Source: Polyangiaceae bacterium | Lineage (GTDB): Bacteria > Myxococcota_A > Polyangia > Polyangiales > Polyangiaceae | Assembly (NCBI GenBank): GCA_035439005.1 | Contig: DAORJJ010000001.1 | Span: forward strand, 182-64,181 | Direction: 5' to 3' | DNA: 64,000 bases | Position numbers and translations under genes: made by a program | Part shown: positions 36,876-44,663 of the stretch, piece by piece | Position numbering within the stretch: the stretch's first letter is position 1 | Layout: every line of letters starts with the position of its first letter | Notes under the pieces: model-generated | What the model was told of the DNA's origin: nothing | Seen by the model: the letters and a program-made list of their open reading frames with translations, nothing else | The model's database searches: none

Positions 36876-37961
36876 TTAACTGGCCAGCGCATCGGCGCCC
36901 TCCATCGACGTCGCGAAGGGGCACAGCGCGGGCGCGCAGCCCGCGCACGGAGCGGCGCGTCCGGAGCAAGCGTCCCCTCGCGCCACGCGGTTGGACTTCG
37001 AGCAGAACGCGTAGAGCGCCTGCTGGACGAGCCTCGGCGAGTAGCTCGGAAGGTCCGGCCGGAACTCGCGCAGGTCGAGCTGGGCGGCCTGCTCGCGCAC
37101 CCACCGCTCGCGCGCGTCGTAGGTCTTGGCTGCACCCGGCTCGCGAAGCGCGTCCACTGCACGCGCGACGTTCGTGTCCACCACGACGAGGTCGTTGCCG
37201 TCGATGTCGGGGAACCACGGCGTGAGCCCCGGAGCGAGCGCCGGCGTGGAGAGCGCGCTCACGAACATGGTCGCGAGTCTGCGCCCGACCCGGTGGACGC
37301 GCGCGAAGCGCTCCACGAGTCGCGCGGCTCGCTTCGCTGGCGAGGCCTCGTCGCGGCAGACCTCGGCGAGCACCTCGCGCACGCCGCCGTCCTTCCAGAG
37401 CCGAAGCCACGCGGAGGTGGGCAGCTTGCCCATGTCCCCCATGCGGTTGAAGACGGCCGTGGCGTCTTTCACGTGGCAGGCCGTGCCGGGGCACCTACCG
37501 CAGTCGACGGCCTCGCCGACCTTCGCGACGTCGCAGCCCTCCTCGAACGCGTCGGCCGTGCGCAGCACGGGGCACTCGTGCCGAGCGATCGACCGCTTCA
37601 CGGTGGCGGCGTCCGCGACCACGCGCATCGATGCGCGCGGGAGCGACTGCTGCTGCCGCATGATGACCACGTCGCGCAGCGCCTGGTACATCGAGAGCGT
37701 GACGAAGAGGCCGAAGATAGCGGCGTCGCCACCCGCCGCGAGTTGGTCGGGAGCGACGGCGAACGCGCCCACGCGGCTGGGGTCGCAGTAGAAGGGCAAG
37801 CGCTCGACTTGCCCCTCGTCGAAGTACCAGGCCACGGCGCGCGTCAGCTCGCGAACGGGTTTCGGCACAACAGGTCTCCTGCCAGTCACCGAGGTCCGTC
37901 GCCGTGCCACTGCTACCTGCAGGCCAAGCACGGACAGCGCCGCGAGCCGTTCATCCTTCAC
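36876..37961 (-). CDS. EndoIII/MutY-superfamily-like (HhH, [4Fe-4S] cluster loop) protein
   Basis: - HhH-like segment: VHRVGRRLATMFVSAL.
- VVVDTNVARAV, which parallels EndoIII IAVDTHIFRV.
- C-terminal Cys cluster: C-x6-C-x2-C-x4-C (CSGRAAPCAGCAPALC).
- An extra central Cys cluster: C..C-x10-C-x2-C-x4-C.
- GTGA overlap with the HEPN stop. Confidence 0.45.
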   Translation of the reverse strand: MKDERLAALSVLGLQVAVARRRTSVTGRRPVVPKPVRELTRAVAWYFDEGQVERLPFYCDPSRVGAFAVAPDQLAAGGDAAIFGLFVTLSMYQALRDVVIMRQQQSLPRASMRVVADAATVKRSIARHECPVLRTADAFEEGCDVAKVGEAVDCGRCPGTACHVKDATAVFNRMGDMGKLPTSAWLRLWKDGGVREVLAEVCRDEASPAKRAARLVERFARVHRVGRRLATMFVSALSTPALAPGLTPWFPDIDGNDLVVVDTNVARAVDALREPGAAKTYDARERWVREQAAQLDLREFRPDLPSYSPRLVQQALYAFCSKSNRVARGDACSGRAAPCAGCAPALCPFATSMEGADALAS

Positions 37962-38683
37962 GTGTGGCCTCCTGGCGGCGGTGCTCCCGGTAGCGCGGGA
38001 GTTGGAGCAGCTGCCGCCGGCGGTGGCGCTCGCCGAAAGCTCGCCGCCTGGACTGCCGTGCCGAGCACCCCCTCAAGCGCCTCCATCAGGCGGAGTACGA
38101 GGTTGCGGTAGTCCTCGATGTCCGAGTCGTCGAGCGCCTGCTCGCGACCGCCATGGGCGATGTTGTTTCGCCGATTCACCAGGGCATCGAGCTTCTGGCG
38201 GTGGTCGCGCATCGGTTCGATGTCGAGGCACAAGCATCGTGCGAGGCCTTCGAGGACCTTGAAGAACAGGTTCGACTTCGTGTCGATCTCGCGCTCTCTT
38301 TGCTCAAACGCCAGCACGTCGGTGAGACTGCCAAGAAACCGCTCGATGACTTCGACCTTCCGTTCGTGGGTCAGTTCTCCCGAGAGCTTGCGGAAGGACC
38401 CGGACCACGAGTAGGCGAGCAAGTTCGCGTGGACGTCGCGTTGGGCCACGGCGCTGCGTTCGAGGAACTCCACGTAGAGCTGCAGAGCCTCCTTCGCGAA
38501 CCCCTCCCAGTGCGCGTAGAGCATCGGGATCGCCATTGCGCATGCCCGCTGATGCAAGACGGTATCCTTGTGCGCGGCCACTACGCGGACGGTCTCAGTG
38601 AGCGCCGTGCGGCGGCGATCGAGGCAGTCCGCGATGGCCCCGCGCAACGCCGTCTCGGGATCGGGAGCAGGATTCGGTGGCAC
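37958..38683 (-). CDS. HEPN-domain protein (MAE_28990/MAE_18760-like, DUF262-associated type)
   Basis: LVNRRNNIAHGG contains the HEPN Rx4H motif. GTG at 38681-38683 is preceded by GGGAG and lies 2 nt after the DUF262 stop. An alternative ATG start (MAIPMLY) lies further in. Confidence 0.6.
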   Translation of the reverse strand: MPPNPAPDPETALRGAIADCLDRRRTALTETVRVVAAHKDTVLHQRACAMAIPMLYAHWEGFAKEALQLYVEFLERSAVAQRDVHANLLAYSWSGSFRKLSGELTHERKVEVIERFLGSLTDVLAFEQREREIDTKSNLFFKVLEGLARCLCLDIEPMRDHRQKLDALVNRRNNIAHGGREQALDDSDIEDYRNLVLRLMEALEGVLGTAVQAASFRRAPPPAAAAPTPALPGAPPPGGHT

Positions 38684-38685
38684 CG

Positions 38686-39828
38686 CTACGCTCCCGAGAC
38701 GATGCGTTCCGCCGTTGCTAGTCTCTGAAGCAGCCGCGGCTTTGTGTTCCCACCCGAGCCGACGGCCGCCTTGAAGTCCTCGTCGGTCTTCACCGCGTTG
38801 AGACGTGCAGCGCGGTCTTCCTTGCTCAATGGCTCGAACGTCGCGATGTGTCGTGCGACCGCGACCGTGAGCGCCTCGAAGACGTAGACAGAGAACGCCC
38901 CCTGCGCCTTCCCATCTCGAACGTGGCGCCACGACTCATCGCCAAGGGCTCCCGTGATCGCACGGATCGCGCGCTTAAAGAGAGACGCCTCGACCTCCCG
39001 ATCGAACGCGGCTTCGCCATCCACGACCTTGTGGACGTACTCGGTGATGAACGGCTCGACGTCATGCTTGAACTCGTTGATGTCGTTCTTGAGAGCAAAG
39101 AAACGAAGAACCAAGCCGCGATCGTAGAGCGACTTCTGCTGGTTCTCCGAAAGACCAAGAAACGTTTGCAGCGGTTCGAGCTGTGCAAGCCCGTCGAAAA
39201 AGGTCATCAGGTCCGGAGCCTCAGCCCTGAAGATGCAGTTCCGGATTTCCTGGTCGGTCAACCGGGCGCCCCCGGTATTGAGTCGCTCGAACAGGTCGTA
39301 CTTCATGCGGCGACCGCTTCCGACCTTGACGACTTCCACGCGGCAACCAGCCCGTCGAATCGACAGGCGCGTTCGAAGTGTGAGATCCTCGAAGCACTTT
39401 CCGTCGAGGGAAGGGAGCGAGGCTCCCTCATCTGCCGCTAGTCGCGACGGGGGCACGGCGACGGCGTCGGCGTCTCGTAACACGCCAAAGAACTCAAGAA
39501 CCGTCGAAAGGCGCTGAAGGCCGTCCACCAGCTCCCAGACGCCATGCTCCGTCTCCGCAACGAAGATCGCCGGCGTCGGAATGCCCAGCAGGATCGATTC
39601 GATGAAACGGCCCTTTTGCGCCTGCGTCCATCGGAACAGGCGCTGGTACGCAGGTGCCACGACCAGTTCCTCGCGCTCGTACATGTTGGCGAATTCGCCG
39701 AACGTCATGTCTAGCTTGTCCGTTCGGATGTCGGACCGCTTGCTGTCGATCTGCTCGTCGAGGGATAGCGCCTTGAACTCCGCGCCGCGCGTCTTCTTCA
39801 TGGCATTCCGTTCCTCTTTGTCGGTCAC
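38686..39828 (-). CDS. DUF262 (ParB-like/GmrSD N-terminal) domain protein lacking a DUF1524 nuclease half
   Basis: YQRLFRWTQAQKGRFIESILLGIPTPAIFV...WELVDGLQRLST carries the DGQQR-type motif. 380 aa. GTGA overlap with the MTase stop. An alternative ATG lies at 39801. Confidence 0.8.
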   Translation of the reverse strand: MTDKEERNAMKKTRGAEFKALSLDEQIDSKRSDIRTDKLDMTFGEFANMYEREELVVAPAYQRLFRWTQAQKGRFIESILLGIPTPAIFVAETEHGVWELVDGLQRLSTVLEFFGVLRDADAVAVPPSRLAADEGASLPSLDGKCFEDLTLRTRLSIRRAGCRVEVVKVGSGRRMKYDLFERLNTGGARLTDQEIRNCIFRAEAPDLMTFFDGLAQLEPLQTFLGLSENQQKSLYDRGLVLRFFALKNDINEFKHDVEPFITEYVHKVVDGEAAFDREVEASLFKRAIRAITGALGDESWRHVRDGKAQGAFSVYVFEALTVAVARHIATFEPLSKEDRAARLNAVKTDEDFKAAVGSGGNTKPRLLQRLATAERIVSGA

Positions 39829-41135
39829 GACCGTCGCTCCAGCACGACCACAGCCTCGCGGTAGTGCTTCTCTGCGCGGTGCTTTCGCGAGTGCGGATTG
39901 ATCTGAGACATGGCTCGTCGCACTTCCACAGCGGATGCGACCTGCCCTTCGAAGCCGACCGCTCGAGCGCAGTCGACGTAGAGTTCGGGGAGGTCCACCG
40001 GGATCTCCTTGTAGTAGGAGCTCTGGACCACGAGAACCGCTGCGCCACGTCCGCGAACCACACGGTAAATCTCCCGCAGGGACTTCATCACGTCGTCAAA
40101 ATACTGCCAGTACGTGCGGAAGTAGTACGAGTGCGATGCTTTGCTCGGATGCTCCTGGATCCGCGTGAGGACGCCCCTGACCGCGTCTGGCCAGTCCGAC
40201 GGTGTGGAGGGCAGGTCCTGGGTGCGCGAGAGCGGCGTTCCCATGGACGTTCGACGCAGCTTCTCGAAGAACGCGCTTTCGACGCCAACGCCGAGTGCGG
40301 CCAACTCAAAGGATGCACTGACGATGTAGTCGATGCGCGTGCAGTACGGAGGCGACGTGAGGACTACATCGACCGAACCATCGGACAGCGGAAGCGAGCG
40401 GCAGTCCGCCACGCCCAGCTCTCCGTTCCACGCACGAGGAGGGGCCGTCGAAGCCGAGGAGTTGAGGTCTTCAGCCATCGCGGCCACGTGCTCTACCCAC
40501 CTGGAGCCAAAGTTGCGCCCGGAACGGCGACGCTCTTCACTTGGCCGGATCCATGTGGGATTCGATCCGTGCTTCACCGAGGCGAAGCTGCGCGCGGTTC
40601 TGATCAGTGCGAGCAGCAAGAAGGCAGCCAAAGGCGGGAGCCCGTCGCGCCCCGGCTCGAGCACCGTGCCAGACGGCGTGCTCGCGAGCTCAGCAAGCAG
40701 GGTACCTTCAATTCCTCGATACTGAGCGACCGACGAAGGTCCCAACCAGGCGAGGAGCGGATCATTCGCTCCGGGTAGTCTGGCCGGCGTCGACGCAAGT
40801 CGCCTCGCAAGTCCCGTCACGTGAAGTGCATCTTCAGGGTGCGCCAACTTCGCGGCCGAAACGATCGAGAGCACAGGGTTGATGTCAAAGCCGAACGCCG
40901 TGTGGCCGAGGCGGTGTGCGATCGACGTCGTGGTGCCGCTCCCGTTCCAGGGATCGAGTACGCGAAGCGACCCGGCTTCGCTGAGGCCGCTGAGAAGGTC
41001 TTCGACGAAACCGCCTGCGTAGCCCGCGTAGTATGGGAACCACCCTTGGGTCCCGACGCGCTCTGAGCCCGTCCGTTTGGCATCGAGCTGGAGCTTCCAC
41101 GCAAGCTTCAACACGGACTCGGCGACGTTCGGCAT
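39825..41135 (-). CDS. DNA amino-methyltransferase (motif I before motif IV; SPPY type, probably N4-cytosine)
   Basis: VLDPWNGSGTT is AdoMet motif I. About 230 aa later, VVLTSPPYCTRIDY is motif IV. The start is set to the ATG at 41133-41135. The upstream part of the track ORF is junk. Confidence 0.8.
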   Translation of the reverse strand: MPNVAESVLKLAWKLQLDAKRTGSERVGTQGWFPYYAGYAGGFVEDLLSGLSEAGSLRVLDPWNGSGTTTSIAHRLGHTAFGFDINPVLSIVSAAKLAHPEDALHVTGLARRLASTPARLPGANDPLLAWLGPSSVAQYRGIEGTLLAELASTPSGTVLEPGRDGLPPLAAFLLLALIRTARSFASVKHGSNPTWIRPSEERRRSGRNFGSRWVEHVAAMAEDLNSSASTAPPRAWNGELGVADCRSLPLSDGSVDVVLTSPPYCTRIDYIVSASFELAALGVGVESAFFEKLRRTSMGTPLSRTQDLPSTPSDWPDAVRGVLTRIQEHPSKASHSYYFRTYWQYFDDVMKSLREIYRVVRGRGAAVLVVQSSYYKEIPVDLPELYVDCARAVGFEGQVASAVEVRRAMSQINPHSRKHRAEKHYREAVVVLERRS

Positions 41136-41152
41136 GGGTCTCGGCACCCCTT

Positions 41153-41430
41153 TCACGTCAGCGCCAGCACTTTCATCGCCGCCGTCTTCGGGTCGCCGAA
41201 GAAGATCGGGTCGACGTGCTCCATGATGTCGGCGCTGACATCGAGGGTCGGGTAAGGATCCCCCTGCGCACCGGTGCAGGGTACCCGGACCTAGCTCTGC
41301 CAACAAGACCCGACTAGAGTCGAGAACAATGGATGTGCGCCATTGTCCTACACCGCGGACTGGTTTCATCCAGGATTCTCGCTGCTGCCTGCACCGAGGC
41401 CGCGAGGTTCGAGATGTTCTTGACGGTCAC
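41153..41430 (-). pseudogene. remnant of the AbiEii toxin gene (internal deletion)
   Basis: GTGA overlap with the abiEi stop. The first ~20 codons (VTVKNISNLAASVQAAARIL) look like an AbiEii/DUF1814 N-terminus, followed by frame breaks. A short C-terminal piece (DIMEHVDPIFFGDPKTAAMKVLALT*) ends at 41153. Only ~280 bp are present where ~900 bp would be expected. Confidence 0.4.
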
Positions 41431-42032
41431 AGCGAAGCCTCCAGGTAGGGTCGCATCGCGCGCTCGACGTGGCGCATGCGGGCGTACCTCAGGAGGACGT
41501 CGAGCTTCTTCTTGCGGTGCTCGCGCCACAGTTTCAGCGCCTCCAGCACGACGTCCATGCCGAGCTGGTTCCGGTAGCGGAAGCAGTCGACGAGGGTCTT
41601 CTCCGGGTCGTAGATGCGAACCGGGACGCCGTCGAGCTCCTGCGTCTCGATCCCCTCGTGGAACGCGGGCCCCGAGAACCAGTAGAAGCGCGTCGGCGGG
41701 TAGTCGAGGCGCGGTTTCGTCTTGCCTCGCGCGAGCGCCACGTCGATCACATGCGGCACCTGCGTCGTCAGCTCGTGGAACGAGAGCGCCGAGACTAGGC
41801 AGACCACGCCCTGCGGGACGCGCTTGGCCACCGTGACGAGGTCCGGATGAGCGAGTGGCTCGAGCGACGCGAGGCGGTACACCCCTCGGGAGACCGCTTC
41901 TAGGACGCCTTCGTCGCGCATGGCGTAGAGCGCCTTACGGTTGATGCCGAGGCGCAGCGCTTCGGCCATACGGAGGCCGCCACCATGCTGGCGGAACAGC
42001 TCGACCTCACGCTCGTAGACCCTGGCATTCAC
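41427..42032 (-). CDS. abiEi: AbiEi-family type IV antitoxin / transcriptional regulator
   Basis: LRMAEALRLGINRKALYAMRDEGVLEAVSRGVYRL is a winged HTH. The C-terminal AbiEi_4-like region is PQGVVCLVSALSFHELTTQVP...VRIYDPEKTLVDCFRY. Confidence 0.75.
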   Translation of the reverse strand: MNARVYEREVELFRQHGGGLRMAEALRLGINRKALYAMRDEGVLEAVSRGVYRLASLEPLAHPDLVTVAKRVPQGVVCLVSALSFHELTTQVPHVIDVALARGKTKPRLDYPPTRFYWFSGPAFHEGIETQELDGVPVRIYDPEKTLVDCFRYRNQLGMDVVLEALKLWREHRKKKLDVLLRYARMRHVERAMRPYLEASL

Positions 42033-42261
42033 GGGGACATATTGCCTTCAAACATATGCTAAGTGAAGTGATTTTGTCCCCAGATTCAGCCCCGAGGGGG
42101 CTGGGCCTGCGGCGCGGGACAGAGCAAATCTGCGAGCGCGTCCCAGCGCGACGTGCCCAACCGCCTGGATTCGCAAGCGTTCGCACTTCCGGGACGGTGC
42201 GAGCGGAGCGAACCCGTCCCGCCGAGAGCGCCGCGAACGGGTTTGCAACCAGCTCCCAACC

Positions 42262-42391
42262 CGGAGCCATTCACGCGGGGTCCGCGGAAACGCACCCCGC
42301 ATTTTTTGACAGCGGCCTCGGAGAGCGATCTCCGGGGCCGTTGCGTTCTTCCCCACGTTTCCGCGACCTTCGACGCTCCGCGAGCACGACG
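42262..42391. repeat. right ~130-bp direct repeat flanking island 2
   Basis: About 94% identical to 36582-36712 by hand alignment. It retains only the last 8-9 nt of the tRNA (cggagcca). Confidence 0.85.
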
Positions 42392-42465
42392 TGCGGAAGG
42401 CCGAGGTGTACGCGCACCGCTATGCGAACTTCCGTGAAGGGCTGCGCGTGGACCACGCCCTCCCC

Positions 42466-44535
42466 TCACTCCCGCCCGAAGAGCCTCATCAGCCACGCCC
42501 AGAAGCCCGTGGCCTTCGGCTTGGCGACGCCGCGCTGGGAGGGTGGCGGCCGCGCGCCGACGCTCTTCGGGGGCAGCTTCGCGCCGACGCGGTCGCGGCC
42601 GAGGCGCTCGAGGACCTCGTCGGAGGTCTGCTGCGTCGTGAGCTCGTGCGTGGTCTCGAGGCCGGTCGAGAGGTTCTTCGTGGTGACCGTGAGGATGCAC
42701 TCGTTGCTGAGCGAGAAGGTCACCTCGAGCTTCTGCGGGGCGTTCGGATCGTCCTCGGCGCCCTCGCCGGCCTTCCGCCCCGAGCTCGCGGCGAGCGGCG
42801 CGACCGGGCACGTGAACGCGCCCAAGAACTCGTTCGACTTGGCGTATTGCGCGTCGCCCTGGAACACCGCGACCTCGAGCGGCTCGCCGGGCGCCGCCTC
42901 GAGCTGGAGCTTCGCCTCGGCGGGGAGCGTCGCGTTGCGCGCGAGCACGATCTTCATGAGCCCGTCGGGCTCGGCGATGCCGATGGGCAGCGGCAGCACG
43001 TCGGAGAGCACGGGCGCGTCGGCCTTGTCGTACATGGTGGCGAGGATCGCCGCGCCGAGCGCCACCACCTCGTCGGGGTGCACCCGCTTCGACGCCTTTC
43101 GCCCGAAGTGCTCCTCCACCATCGCGATCACGAAGGGCATGCGCGTCTGGCCGCCGACCAGGAGCACGTCGTCGATGTCGCGAGGCTTCAGCCCCGCGAT
43201 CGCCAGCGCGTCGTCGCAGATGCGCATGGTGCGCTCGACGACGGGCTTCGCGCGCGCCTCGAACTCCTCCCGCTTGACCGTGTAGTTTACATCGATCGTG
43301 GTCTTCTCGACGCCGGTCACGCGCAGGTTCGGCACGGACGCGGTGGCGGTGCGCTGCTCGGAGAGGGTGTGCTTGAGCTCCCTCGCGGCGGCGAGGATGC
43401 GCTCCTCGCCGCGGCGGTCGAGGCCCAGGCGATCGCCGTGCTCGGCGGTGAGGCGCTCGCGCAAGAGCGCGGCGAGGGCGTTGTCGATGTCGACGCCCCC
43501 GAGGAACATGTCGCCGGCGGTCGCCAGCACGCGGTACACGCTGCCCTCGAGCGAGAGGATCGACACGTCGAACGTGCCGCCGCCGAGGTCGAACACCAGG
43601 ATCTTCTTGCGCTCGCCGCTGCCGTGGCCGAACACGAGGCCCGCCGCGGTGGGCTCGTTCACGATGCGCATGAGGTCGAGCCCCGCGCGCTGCGCGGCCG
43701 TGCGCACGGCGCTGCGCTGGTTCTCGGTGAACGCCGCCGGCACGGTGACCACCACCCGCGTGACGGGGCGGCGCAGCTCCGACTCGGCGACCTTCTTGAT
43801 CTCCGCGAGGATGCAGGCCGCGATCTCGGTGGGCGAGAGCACGCGCTCGCCGAGCTTGATGGCGACCATGCCGTCCGGATCGGCGGTGAGCCCAAACTTC
43901 ACGTGAGCGTTGAGCTGCGCGGCCAGGCTGCTCGTGTAGGTGCGGCCGATGATGCGCTTCGAGCCGTACACCACGTTCTCGGGCTCGAGCACCATGCGGC
44001 GCTCGGCCAGGTGCCCCGCGACCGGCAGGCCCTGGTCGTCGAACGTGACCATCGACGGGATGGTGTTGTAGCCGAGGCGCGAGCGGATGACCTTGGGCTC
44101 GCCGTTCTCCACGATGGCGGCGCAGGTGTACGTGGTGCCGAGATCGATGCCCACCACCGGCGCGCTCGCGTCGATCGCCTTGCGCGGCGGCGGCGGCGCC
44201 GGGGCGCGCTCGAGGGCGTGGCGCACGTCCTCGCCGCAGCCCACCTCCACCCGCACCACCTGGAGGAGCATGCCGGTGCGGCCCTCCTCGCTCACCGTGC
44301 CTACGACGAGCACGTCGGCCGCGCAGATGCGCACGCGCCCCTCGCGCGTGAGGGCCTCGAGCTTCATGGCCGTGCCCACCGGCGGGGCCTGGGGGTTCGG
44401 GAGGAAGATGCCCTCGGGGCTCGTGTTGCTCGTGAGGATGCGCGCGAGCTCCGCGTCGTCCGCCGCGAAGACCCGGAACACCCCCGCCGCTCGGCCGGCG
44501 CCGTCCGCGCTGATGCGCCTTGAACTATCGCTCAC
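42466..44535 (-). CDS. Hsp70-family protein with ~120-aa PilZ-like N-terminal extension
   Basis: VVGIDLGTTYTCAA, VVTVPAAFTENQR, ILVFDLGGGTFDVSIL and DDVLLVGGQTRMP are Hsp70 ATPase motifs. The N-terminal extension contains NTSPEG, which fits the (D/N)xSxxG PilZ motif. Confidence 0.85.
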   Translation of the reverse strand: MSDSSRRISADGAGRAAGVFRVFAADDAELARILTSNTSPEGIFLPNPQAPPVGTAMKLEALTREGRVRICAADVLVVGTVSEEGRTGMLLQVVRVEVGCGEDVRHALERAPAPPPPRKAIDASAPVVGIDLGTTYTCAAIVENGEPKVIRSRLGYNTIPSMVTFDDQGLPVAGHLAERRMVLEPENVVYGSKRIIGRTYTSSLAAQLNAHVKFGLTADPDGMVAIKLGERVLSPTEIAACILAEIKKVAESELRRPVTRVVVTVPAAFTENQRSAVRTAAQRAGLDLMRIVNEPTAAGLVFGHGSGERKKILVFDLGGGTFDVSILSLEGSVYRVLATAGDMFLGGVDIDNALAALLRERLTAEHGDRLGLDRRGEERILAAARELKHTLSEQRTATASVPNLRVTGVEKTTIDVNYTVKREEFEARAKPVVERTMRICDDALAIAGLKPRDIDDVLLVGGQTRMPFVIAMVEEHFGRKASKRVHPDEVVALGAAILATMYDKADAPVLSDVLPLPIGIAEPDGLMKIVLARNATLPAEAKLQLEAAPGEPLEVAVFQGDAQYAKSNEFLGAFTCPVAPLAASSGRKAGEGAEDDPNAPQKLEVTFSLSNECILTVTTKNLSTGLETTHELTTQQTSDEVLERLGRDRVGAKLPPKSVGARPPPSQRGVAKPKATGFWAWLMRLFGRE

Positions 44536-44663
44536 GAGAGCATGGTACGGGCGTCCGGCGCGGGAGCGTTAGGGGGAAATCCGCCCCCGACCCGCGACGA
44601 CGGCGCCCCGAGCGGTGCTAGACTCCCCACTTCGCCGACCGCTCCCCGGCGCCCAGGAACATT

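Larger units (their letters stand above)
36713..42261. mobile_element. ~5.5-kb integrase-less genomic (defence) island in tandem with island 1
   Basis: It lies between the two ~130-bp direct repeats. All cargo is on the minus strand: AbiEi, the AbiEii remnant, MTase, DUF262, HEPN and the EndoIII-like protein. Confidence 0.55.

Noticed and set aside
41153-41430. An intact AbiEii toxin downstream of abiEi.
   Set aside because: Only ~280 bp separate the abiEi stop from the MTase start. The reading frame breaks after ~38 codons. A DUF1814 nucleotidyltransferase needs ~280-300 codons.
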